A DNA stretch of 32,000 bases from Candidatus Helarchaeota ASGARD archaeon Hel_GB_B (lineage in GTDB: Archaea; Asgardarchaeota; Lokiarchaeia; Helarchaeales; HEL-GB-B): positions 11,592 to 43,591 of the forward strand of contig SUPR01000017.1 in the NCBI GenBank assembly GCA_005191425.1, given 5' to 3'. The notes below the pieces were generated by a model, which saw only the letters and a program-made list of their open reading frames with translations, searched no databases and was not told the origin of the DNA. The translations under genes were made by a program, and so were the position numbers. How positions within the stretch are numbered: position 1 is the stretch's first letter; every line of letters starts with the position of its first letter. Positions 1 to 9,052 of this stretch are shown here, in pieces.

Positions 1-1980
1 ATATGATATCCAATAATTCCATGAAAGATAGCCTGCCCGATATCTTCTGCCAGTAGCTGGCGATCTTTTAGTAAAGACATACTTATTCCAAAATTGAGAT
101 AAATCCTTACCTAGATAGTCAACTTCATCAATATCATTGCCATATTTAGGAGGTTTATTAAGTAATAATTGTCTTATTTTCTCATACCCATTAAAATTAT
201 TTTTAATTGCTTGTATCAATTCTTGCATATTAATTTTCTGTTCTTTATAAACTAATTCTTTTATTGCCATTAGACTATCTATAGTGGTACCTAAACCAAT
301 CCCTTCAACCGTAATAAAATTAAATCTTGCACCACCTGCAGTAATATCTTTTCCATTTTCTGCACAACCGTCAATTAGTGCAGATAAATATGGTGTTGGC
401 TCGAAAGTCGACCTAATTTTATCAGCTTTGTTCGCATTGTCCATTATCAAATCTAATATTTTTATTAATTGCTTTTTATATGCATTATAAAACTGATCAA
501 AATTTTTGAATTTAACTGGATTTCCTGTATTTACTCCTATTTTAACATTTTTCACCAAATCTTTTCCATTATTTAATGTTAATTCAATTGCTTTTGCCAG
601 ATTAATATTTACATCTACTGTTCCTGCTCGTTCACACCCTTGCAACGTATTTTCTAAACATCCTACTGGTGCATAATTCCATAATTCTTCCTCAGGTTCG
701 CCTTCCCACTTTAAACCTCGAATTGCATTTTCATCAAAATTGATTAAAAATGGACTCCCTTGACTTTTTATAAGCATCTCACAGATTCGAGTTAATAATT
801 TATCTGGAGTGTTTTTATGTATCCGAATATTTGGTTTTGGCTCAAGCATATTCATTTCTTCTATTACATCTAAAATTAACCACGTTAAATCATTTGTAAG
901 ATCTTCACCATTTGGGCCCATACCACTAAGCGTCATTAATTGCCCAAATCCTGAATTGATACCTTGATTCTCACCTACTCTTCCGTGATAATCGTATGCA
1001 TAGTTATGCTTTATCCAATAACATTGTAATATTTCTTTAGCTTGTTCCCGGGTTAACTTTCCACTTTTGATATCTTTTTCATAATATGGATACATGTATT
1101 GATCAAATCTTCCATGCGATAAACCTGGACCAGGATAAGACTCACATGCCATTATAAGCATATGCGTTGTCCAAATTGACTGTACAGCTTCATAAAAAGA
1201 TTCAGCTGGATTCCATGGCACTTTCTCGCAAATACGAGCTATTTCTTGTAATTCTTGTTTTCTTTTATTATCGTTTTCTTTTTCAGTTAATCTTCTAGCT
1301 TCTTCCGCATATCGCTCTGAAAAAATCTTTACTGTATCACAACTCATTATTAATGCTTTTAAAAAATCAATTTTTTCTGGATCATTTGTCTCTTTAATCA
1401 TTTGCTCAAATTCTGCTTTAAGACCTTTAAAACCTAACTTAAGTACTTTTGGATAATTCGGTATAATATGCCCCGGGACTGCACCTGCATTTCCCACTCC
1501 ATTAAAATGAATAAAATTAGCTTGCTTCATCCATTCTTTTTCTAATTTTAACCATTCTTTTGTTTCTTTTTTATTTAAACATTTTGATAATGCAGTATTA
1601 AAATAACTCCCAACTATTAACTCTCCATCTAAAATTTTTACTGGTAAATATTTTTTAATAACTTCTTTAAAAAAAATTGCTCGTCTCATAACTATTGAAT
1701 GTTCCCAAAAATCATCAGGAATTTTTACTATTTGGGCACCAGCAGCTAAACTATCTTCAAAAGCACCGAATAATGGATATATCTCAGGAACAACACCCCA
1801 TTGGTGTGCGGAATATACTATATCCCAGTCTGTTCCAGTAGAATACCCTTTAACTTCATTTCTAAAATAATCTCTATCATAAAATGAGAAAAATTCATCT
1901 CTTAATTTCTTCACTCTCTTAGATAATTCTTTTGAAGCACTCCAGATTTCGCCTTTTACTTGTTCAGAAGTTTCTACCAT
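1..1980 (-). CDS. Glycyl radical enzyme (PFL-like family, eliminase-type), 3' end outside the window
   Basis: Hand translation from ATG at 1980; the stretches read (1980-601 and 60-1) have no stop: MVETSEQVKGEIW...DGELIVG...PGHIIPNYPKVLKLGFKG...SHGRFDQYMYPYY...QLMTLSG...NYAPVGCLEN (Cys at 660-658)...GRRYRAGYLSWNYWISY. GCxE is the thiyl-radical loop of GRE eliminases. It is missing from the ORF track because it runs off the edge, so the Gly-radical motif is not visible. Confidence 0.9.
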   Translation of the reverse strand, partial: MVETSEQVKGEIWSASKELSKRVKKLRDEFFSFYDRDYFRNEVKGYSTGTDWDIVYSAHQWGVVPEIYPLFGAFEDSLAAGAQIVKIPDDFWEHSIVMRRAIFFKEVIKKYLPVKILDGELIVGSYFNTALSKCLNKKETKEWLKLEKEWMKQANFIHFNGVGNAGAVPGHIIPNYPKVLKLGFKGLKAEFEQMIKETNDPEKIDFLKALIMSCDTVKIFSERYAEEARRLTEKENDNKRKQELQEIARICEKVPWNPAESFYEAVQSIWTTHMLIMACESYPGPGLSHGRFDQYMYPYYEKDIKSGKLTREQAKEILQCYWIKHNYAYDYHGRVGENQGINSGFGQLMTLSGMGPNGEDLTNDLTWLILDVIEEMNMLEPKPNIRIHKNTPDKLLTRICEMLIKSQGSPFLINFDENAIRGLKWEGEPEEELWNYAPVGCLENTLQGCERAGTVDVNINLAKAIELTLNNGKDLVKNVKIGVNTGNPVKFKNFDQFYNAYKKQLIKILDLIMDNANKADKIRSTFEPTPYLSALIDGCAENGKDITAGGARFNFITVEGIGLGTTIDSLMAIKELVYKEQKINMQELIQAIKNNFNGYEKIRQLLLNKPPKYGNDIDEVDYLGKDLSQFWNKYVFTKRSPATGRRYRAGYLSWNYWISY

Positions 1981-2470
1981 TATATCTCACTCTAAATTAA
2001 ATATATTAACCTAAATTTAATTTTTAAAATGATTATTTTTTAAATCAAACTTTTCTTTAGGTCAATCTAATTTCTAATTAATTATTATCATATTCAAAAG
2101 ATAAACTTTTCTCCAATTATCACCTTAATTCTAATTTTTTAATTATAAATCTTAAATTAAAAAAACTCTTAATGTAAATAATTTGAAATTTAAACCGGTA
2201 AAAAGAATTTAATTATAAAATCAAAATGAAAATGAAAATTTTTTCTAAAATTCATTATATAATTGTAATAACATTCGAACATACCCCTAATACTGATAAT
2301 TAAAATAAAATTTCCTCATTATCTAATTAATAAAATAAGTAACTTAAAATTCAATAACAAAGTTAAAATCAAAAATTATATATAATCAACAAAAAAAGTA
2401 AAATCATCCAATTTTTTAAAGGATAAATCATTTAATTTATATTTTGATTTGATTATTTGGTTGAATTGAA

Positions 2471-3064
2471 ATGGCTAAAGACCAAGATAAAGTTTTAAAA
2501 ATATATTTATTTAGACATGGAGAAACGACTTTTAATCGTGATAAAATTTTTACTGGATGGTTGGATCCAGAATTAACTCAAAAGGGTATTAAACAAGCCG
2601 AACTTATTGCTGAAAAATTGAAAGATAAAGAATTTAAAGTTGCTTACTGCTCACATTTAACTCGATCAAAGCACACGCTTAATATTGTTTTAAAATATCA
2701 TAAAGATGTAGAAATAATTGTGGATGACCGAATTATTGAACGAAGTTATGGGGATTTACAAGGTCGTAAACATGCTGATTATATAAAAGAGGTCGGTAAA
2801 AAGCAATTTGATATTATTCACAGGTCCTATGATGTCCCTCCTCCAAATGGCGAAAGTATTAAAATGGTCGAAAAAAGAGTCAATGAATTTATTAAAGATT
2901 TACTTATAAAAATGAAAAAAGAAAAGATAAGTGTTGCAATTTCTGCCCATGGCAATTCAATGAGGCCATTTCGCAGATACTTTGAGAACTTAACTATCGA
3001 AGAAATGATAAAGCTTGAAAATCCTTGGGATGATTATTTTGAATATGATGTCCCTGTTGAATAA
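2471..3064 (+). CDS. gpmA: 2,3-bisphosphoglycerate-dependent phosphoglycerate mutase (histidine phosphatase superfamily), short form
   Basis: LFRHGET phospho-His motif, FTGWLDPELT, S-x-L-x-R, ERSYGDLQG, PPNGES and AHGNSMR are dPGM signatures. Confidence 0.8.
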   Translation: MAKDQDKVLKIYLFRHGETTFNRDKIFTGWLDPELTQKGIKQAELIAEKLKDKEFKVAYCSHLTRSKHTLNIVLKYHKDVEIIVDDRIIERSYGDLQGRKHADYIKEVGKKQFDIIHRSYDVPPPNGESIKMVEKRVNEFIKDLLIKMKKEKISVAISAHGNSMRPFRRYFENLTIEEMIKLENPWDDYFEYDVPVE

Positions 3065-3302
3065 TGATTTTGACTAAATTTCCATTATTATTTTGGACCA
3101 ATTTTTTTTGCAATTTTGATTAATTATTTTTTTAGTGATTTTTTTAGAATTATTTTTATTCTATCTTATTATTTAATTAATCGAAATTTCTAATAAAAAT
3201 AAAAAAATTTTAAAATAAATTTGTGGATCGAAATTATAATGATAATTTGCTTTTAACTAATAGTAAATTATTGAAATTCTTAAATAATAAGAGGTAATTG
3301 TT

Positions 3303-4031
3303 ATGAAAGATCGGAATTTCTATCATAAAGAGAAAACAGAAGATAATAAAATAAATTACGTTATGGAACTACTTGAATATAAAAGTGTAATTCAGCACGA
3401 TCTTGAAAAATGCACTGGATGCGGAATATGTGTTATGATATGTCCTAAAGAAGCAATAGAAAGAATTGATAATGAAGAGCATGTACATATTCCTAAAGTA
3501 GAGAGCTGCTCGTTTTGTGGTATATGTGATTATATGTGCCCATTTAACGCTTGGACTCTTTTAATTGATGATGAACATACTATACCACTTAAAGAAAACC
3601 CCGGAAATTTACCTGATCTTTTAGGCGAAGAATTAGTCTGTCCAAAAACTCAAAAACCTGTGGTAAAATATCTTGAAGGCCAGATAACAATTGACCCTAA
3701 AAAATGTCCCACTGATTGTAAGGAATGTATTGATGCTTGTATGATGAATGTTATTGAATTTACATCTCTGGATGATAAAAGACAAGTCAAACTAAATAAA
3801 AATAACTGTATTTTCTGCACTGCTTGCACATTTGCTTGTCCAGAACCTGAGGCACTTATGGTCGACCGCTTCGATATTAAATTTGATAAAACTCAGATTA
3901 AATCATCGTCTGTTTTTAATGAAATCATTCGAAAACTAATCTCTCAAGAAGTACTGGCTAAAATTATTAAAGAAAAAGCTCAAGAAATTGCTCGAGAAGC
4001 AACAACAAAATTATTTAATATAAAGGTTTAA
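3303..4031 (+). CDS. 4Fe-4S polyferredoxin (FwdF-like, about 4 clusters)
   Basis: CTGCGICVMICP, CSFCGICDYMCP, CPTDCKECIDAC and CIFCTACTFACP; GAGGT Shine-Dalgarno-like sequence just upstream of the ATG. Confidence 0.8.
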   Translation: MKDRNFYHKEKTEDNKINYVMELLEYKSVIQHDLEKCTGCGICVMICPKEAIERIDNEEHVHIPKVESCSFCGICDYMCPFNAWTLLIDDEHTIPLKENPGNLPDLLGEELVCPKTQKPVVKYLEGQITIDPKKCPTDCKECIDACMMNVIEFTSLDDKRQVKLNKNNCIFCTACTFACPEPEALMVDRFDIKFDKTQIKSSSVFNEIIRKLISQEVLAKIIKEKAQEIAREATTKLFNIKV

Positions 4032-4062
4032 ATCTGTCTAATTTTCAATTTTTAAAAAGAAT

Positions 4063-4242
4063 TTATAAATCATCATCAGAGTATATACCGCAAATAACAC
4101 TATATCTAATAAAAGGCATTTTCCGCCTTGCAATTATTTGTAGACCTCTAGATATTTCTAAAAAAATATCCATCCAAGGTTTTCCTTCTGTTTTTAAATA
4201 ATTTATTATTTGTCTATTTCTTTTATCTGCTCTTTCTGTCAT
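4063..4242 (-). CDS. Small ORF of 59 aa, unknown function, possibly a gene remnant
   Basis: Hand translation MTERADKRNRQIINYLKTEGKPWMDIFLEISRGLQIIARRKMPFIRYSVICGIYSDDDL*; just under the ORF-track size range; no family recognised. Confidence 0.2.
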   Translation of the reverse strand: MTERADKRNRQIINYLKTEGKPWMDIFLEISRGLQIIARRKMPFIRYSVICGIYSDDDL

Positions 4243-4759
4243 AATTAATCATTTTATCAAATTGATAGTTAGTTCGAGTATATTATCTCTAATATTTGAT
4301 TTAAGCAGTTTTAAATTTTCTGACTTTAGGATTATTCAAGTCTATATTTTTCTATTTTTCAACAAAACTTTAATATAATGTTTTTATGGTTTTGATAGAC
4401 TTTTTAATTTTAATATTTCATTATATTTATCTATTTTTTATCTAAATTTCTTTCAAAATCTATATTGATATTAATTTAATTTTTATAATTGAAGAATATT
4501 TATTAAAATAACATTTACGCTCCATAATATCCTTAATATTTCTTCATTTTTCAATTTAATTTTAGAATAATTATAACTGATTTAATAAATGGTTAATTGT
4601 AAAGGAATACAAAAATTTGCTGATTAAAAATAAATTTTTGTAGTGTTAACACCTTTTTTCACATTTTTACATAAATAGAATAAAAAATTTTTTTAATAAA
4701 ATTCTTACATTTTAAATTAAATAGTATTTTTATTCTAAATTAAAATGGTGGAATGAAAA

Positions 4760-5974
4760 TTGAAATATGGTATTAATACATTAGATGATTTTGATGTTAA
4801 GGGTAAAAAAGTGCTAGTAAGAGCTGATATTAATTCAACAATTACGCGAAAAGAAAACAAATTAATGAATTTATTAAGAATTAAGGAATTAAAAAATACA
4901 TTAGATGACCTTAAAGAAGCAGCAGTAGTACTTATTGCTCATCAAGGGCGCCCAGGTGGAAAAGATTATACTTCTTTGGCTCCACATGCAGAAGCAATGA
5001 AAAAATTATATGGCGATCAAGTTCATTTTGTTGATGACTTATTCGGGACTAAAGCAAGGGCAGCAATAAAAGAACTTAAACCAGGCGAAATTTTAGTCCT
5101 TGAAAATGTTCGATTTTATGCTGAAGAAGTAAATTTAAAAAATGATATTGATAAAATGGCTGATTCTCACTTTGTCCAAAATTTGGCACCATTATTTGAT
5201 TTATATGTAAACGACGCTTATGGAGCAGCTCATAGGTCTTCTCCGTCTCTAATAGGTTTTACTAAAGTCATACCGAGTTGTATGGGACGTATCTTGGAAA
5301 AAGAAGTTGAAATTATGGAAGAAAAAATCCTAGGAAATCCTAAAAAACCTGTAATATTTGTAATTGGTGGTGCCAAAGTAGAGACTAAATTTAAAGTAAT
5401 GAAAAACCTACTTGAAAACAATAAAGCAGATTTAATTCTAATTGGTGGACTTTTACAAAATATTATGCTTGCTGCTGCTGGTATTGATATTGGAGAAATT
5501 AATAAAAAGCCAATCAAAAATTTTGACGATTACATATCTACCGCAAAGGAAATCTATCAGAAATACAAAGATAAATTGAAACTCCCAATTGACTTATCAT
5601 TAAATGACAATGGAAAAAGAAAAGATGTTCCAGTAGAAGAAATTTCAAAATATGGACTACCCTCTAACGATATCGGTGAAAAAACAGCAGAGGAATACGT
5701 AAAAATCATAAAAGAAGCTGGTACAGTTGTAGCTAATGGACCCCCTGGTGTATTTGAACAGCCACCTTTTAACTTGGGGTCTAAAATGGTACTCGAGGCT
5801 ATGGGTGAATCAAACGCATTTACTACTGTTGGTGGTGGAGAAATGGGCGGATATTGCCAAGACCTAAAAATTCCTATTAATTTCATCAGTACTGGTGGTG
5901 GAGCAATGCTTGATTATCTTACTGGTAAAAAATTACCCGTAATTGCAGCATTAGAAGAAGCTTCTAAAAAATAA
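4760..5974 (+). CDS. pgk: Phosphoglycerate kinase (archaeal type)
   Basis: VLVRADINS, AHQGRPG, LENVRF, NDAYGAAHRS, GGAKV, NGPPGVFE and ISTGGGAML motifs; TTG start with GGTGG at 4747-4751. Confidence 0.95.
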   Translation: MKYGINTLDDFDVKGKKVLVRADINSTITRKENKLMNLLRIKELKNTLDDLKEAAVVLIAHQGRPGGKDYTSLAPHAEAMKKLYGDQVHFVDDLFGTKARAAIKELKPGEILVLENVRFYAEEVNLKNDIDKMADSHFVQNLAPLFDLYVNDAYGAAHRSSPSLIGFTKVIPSCMGRILEKEVEIMEEKILGNPKKPVIFVIGGAKVETKFKVMKNLLENNKADLILIGGLLQNIMLAAAGIDIGEINKKPIKNFDDYISTAKEIYQKYKDKLKLPIDLSLNDNGKRKDVPVEEISKYGLPSNDIGEKTAEEYVKIIKEAGTVVANGPPGVFEQPPFNLGSKMVLEAMGESNAFTTVGGGEMGGYCQDLKIPINFISTGGGAMLDYLTGKKLPVIAALEEASKK

Positions 5975-6005
5975 TTTTTCATAAAAATCAAATTCTATTT
6001 TTTTA
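5975..6005 (+). terminator. T-rich tract after pgk, possible archaeal terminator
   Basis: TTTTTC directly after the stop and a T run at 5998-6004; weak evidence in an AT-rich genome. Confidence 0.3.
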
Positions 6006-6123
6006 ATAAATTAATACACCATTTTTTAGGTATATTAGCCATTTGATGAAATAAGTTCATATCTACATTTTTTAAATTTATTAGACTTTTAATATATTAC
6101 TTCTATTCCTTCATTTTTATATG

Positions 6124-7200
6124 CTATAATGCTCTTAATTTAATTATTTTCTTACGTAATATCTTATAATTAAAGTATGCTAAACATTGCATTGCTATTA
6201 ATATAAATAGACTATGTTTATGAGCTTATCTTTTATATTTCAATGATAGTCTCCTATCTATATCACCCAATAATGCATAGAAGCCATTCATCATCCCAAA
6301 CAATCCTTCAATTACCTTTCTACCTCTATATTCTATGATAAATGTATCAATTCCAACATCCTCAAATACCCTTAGATAATTTAATACCAGTTTCGAAATT
6401 TCACTTTTATTTTTTTTTCCAATTTATTTAAAGTAATGTCAATATCTTCTAAGGATCAATATTAGCACATCTTTGCTAATTTTGGAAATTTCAACCCTAA
6501 TTTTATTATCTTAAGATAATACTGCTTGAAATATTCCAACATCTTCTTTTATTCTTTTAATATGTCCGAATTCATTAGATCAATATCAACAACAAGGATT
6601 ACTCGTATTCTTTTTTCAATGAACTCCAATATCTCTAAAGAACAACATTCGGCATCTAATTTAACATGTCCTATTTTTAATTCATATTTACCAGCTTTTT
6701 TTTAAGTAAAATTAATTTATCTTTTAATGTAATAAATCCAGATCTTTCGTTCTTGCTCCCTTTACGAGAGATTATAATAAGAGGAATACAATTTGGGTCA
6801 ACTAGTACCTGAAATTTTAAGACTCGAGTACTTTTATTATCTCTATCATGATATTTTACGCCATCTTAGTCATCTTTTCTCGTTTTACAGAAAGTAGAAT
6901 CTTCGATTATCGTTTCAACATTGATAATTCCCTCTTTTATTAAAATATCCACATTATTCTCTAATATTTTCATTAAAAATATCAATGTTAAACTTTCAAT
7001 ACGCCTTATATAATTTATCAATTCTAGGGACTCTTGAAAAAACCCGAGAGAGTGTCCCATAACTTGTAATATCTCATTATCAATGATAACACTCTCATTT
7101 ATAATTAATTTTAAGTAGAGTATTGATGATAACATTTTTGATTTTATGAAAACAAAAGTTTTGTATATTAAATCTGTTGAATAGCCGTTTTTTCAATTTA
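6124..7200 (-). pseudogene. Degraded DDE transposase (IS4 superfamily: IS5/IS1182/ISH3-like)
   Basis: Pieces read by hand: IIEDSTFCKTRKDD* (first Asp), VKLDAECCSLEILEFI (second Asp), EYRGRKVIEGLFG (Y-x2-R-x3-E signature with catalytic Glu), then HSLFILIAMQCLAY. Several stops and frameshifts. The 5' boundary is approximate and no terminal IRs were identified. Confidence 0.7.
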
Positions 7201-7893
7201 ATATCCCTTTTATAAAATATTTCGTGAAACAAATTCCTTCTCTGAAACATTTAAATCTGCCCTATGGTCTGAACTCTTAGATAATTATAAGAAAATATTT
7301 ATACATTATTCTAAATATAATTTATGATACCGTTTTTTTTATCTTCTATGCAAATTTCTTGATTTTTTCTTATATTTGTCAAATATAAAACTTCTATTGC
7401 CTCATTCTGAATATGAAATATTAATATGTTCAAAAAATAATTATTAAAAATTAAAAAGCATTTGATTCCTATCATTTAAGAGTACACACTCAAGCTGTAT
7501 TGTAGTTAATCGAAATGCAGCCCCTAAAAACATTAATAATAGTCGTACTATTATTTTAATACGTCAATTATGGCAATTTATCTCTTTTTTTATTAATTCA
7601 GTCAAATTAAGAATTTTTTCTAAAAATTCTTTAATAGCAGATATCCAATATCTTTTCCACAATTCGGGCAAATATCCAATACAATCTTGCTGAATAACAG
7701 AACAACCTTCAACTAGGATATCAATTCTCACATAAACACTATTTTACATAAATAATATAATTATTAACTTAATTATAGATATATGTCTATCATAATATTG
7801 ACTAACTTTGGAATAAGAAATAGTATATAAATTTAAATTACATTGAAATCTTTAAAATAAGCCCACTAGAAAACTTGATAGATATAATAAATA

Positions 7894-7935
7894 ACCGACA
7901 AACTTAAATAAAAAGAATTATACAATTTTGTCGGT
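7894..7935. promoter_or_regulatory. 9-bp inverted repeat flanking a TATA-like box upstream of the methyltransferase
   Basis: ACCGACAAA (7894-7902) and TTTGTCGGT (7927-7935) with a 24-nt spacer starting CTTAAATA. Confidence 0.4.
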
Positions 7936-8056
7936 AGAAAATAAAGAAGAAACTTATTTTATCAAAATCCTATAATTTTATTAAATTTTTCTACATCTAA
8001 TAATTAGATATAAATGAAAGATAATAATTAATATTATTATTAATAGATAGATAAAA

Positions 8057-9034
8057 ATGACAAGAACTGATTTAAAGAAACCAACTCAGAAGAAAAGTAG
8101 AAATTACAAAGCAGGACTAGCACAATTAAATTTTAAAATCGAATTCGATTGGAGTCATGAAGAAGCAAGGAAATTATATGAAACATCTATTCATAAAATT
8201 GAAAAAAATACAATATTATATCAAGATTGCATATCGGGTATGAAAAATCTACCTGAAGAATCTGTCGATTTAATTATAGCAGATCCTCCTTTTGGAATAA
8301 ACTTCTCAGGAAAAGGTAGTCAATATAATCGAAATTCAATTTTAGTAGAAGATGGTTATGTAGAAATAAAAGAAGACTATGATAAATTTACCGAAAAATG
8401 GATTCAATGCCTTCCAAGAATAATGAAAAAAACAGCTTCGGCATATATTTTTTCGGGCTGGACAAATTTAAATGATCTTTTAAACGCTATTAATAAAACA
8501 GATTTAAAACTTGTTAATCATATTATCTGGAAATATCAATTTGGTGTGTTTACTAAAAGAAAATTTGTCTCTTCTCATTATCACATTTTATTTCTTGTAA
8601 AAAACGAAAAAAAATATTTTTTTAATAAATACGAATATTATCCAGAAGATGTATGGATTATTCCTAGGAGATACCTACCAGGTCAAAGAAAAAATGGTAC
8701 AAAATTACCTGAAGATGTTGTTAATAAGTGTATCAATTTTTCTTCAAAACCAGGTGATTTGATATTTGATCCATTTATGGGAAATGCTACAACTGCAATT
8801 TGCGCAAAAGGATTATATAGACATTATTATGGATTTGAAATAAATCAAACAATGAAGGAAATTCACCAAAATTACATTAATAATATCAAAGTAGGACAGT
8901 TTTTTAGACCACTCAAAGAATATTTACCATCTAAAGAAGAGTTATTAAAAAAATATCCTCATTTAAAGAAATATGTTAATGAGATAAAAAAATACTCTGG
9001 TAAAAAGACAAGATTAGATCGTTATTTCGAATAA
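8057..9034 (+). CDS. Amino (N6-adenine or N4-cytosine) DNA methyltransferase, beta class
   Basis: YQDCISGM (motif III region), DLIIADPPF (catalytic motif IV, 8282-8293) before DLIFDPFMGNATT (AdoMet-binding motif I), which is beta order; IIWKY and S-S-H-x-x-ILF are typical of the N6_N4 MTase family. DPP(Y/F) leans towards m6A. Confidence 0.92.
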   Translation: MTRTDLKKPTQKKSRNYKAGLAQLNFKIEFDWSHEEARKLYETSIHKIEKNTILYQDCISGMKNLPEESVDLIIADPPFGINFSGKGSQYNRNSILVEDGYVEIKEDYDKFTEKWIQCLPRIMKKTASAYIFSGWTNLNDLLNAINKTDLKLVNHIIWKYQFGVFTKRKFVSSHYHILFLVKNEKKYFFNKYEYYPEDVWIIPRRYLPGQRKNGTKLPEDVVNKCINFSSKPGDLIFDPFMGNATTAICAKGLYRHYYGFEINQTMKEIHQNYINNIKVGQFFRPLKEYLPSKEELLKKYPHLKKYVNEIKKYSGKKTRLDRYFE

Positions 9035-9052
9035 TAAAAGAGTCTGATTATT

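Noticed and set aside
284-490. ORF-track 68-aa ORF on +
   Set aside because: Antisense shadow of the glycyl radical enzyme gene.
5230-5886. Two minus-strand ORFs (95 and 109 aa)
   Set aside because: Antisense shadows of pgk.
7560-7740. Minus-strand frames with CPNCGKD and a 50-aa open stretch
   Set aside because: Short, conflicting frames without a clear start; cannot decide which, if either, was coding.
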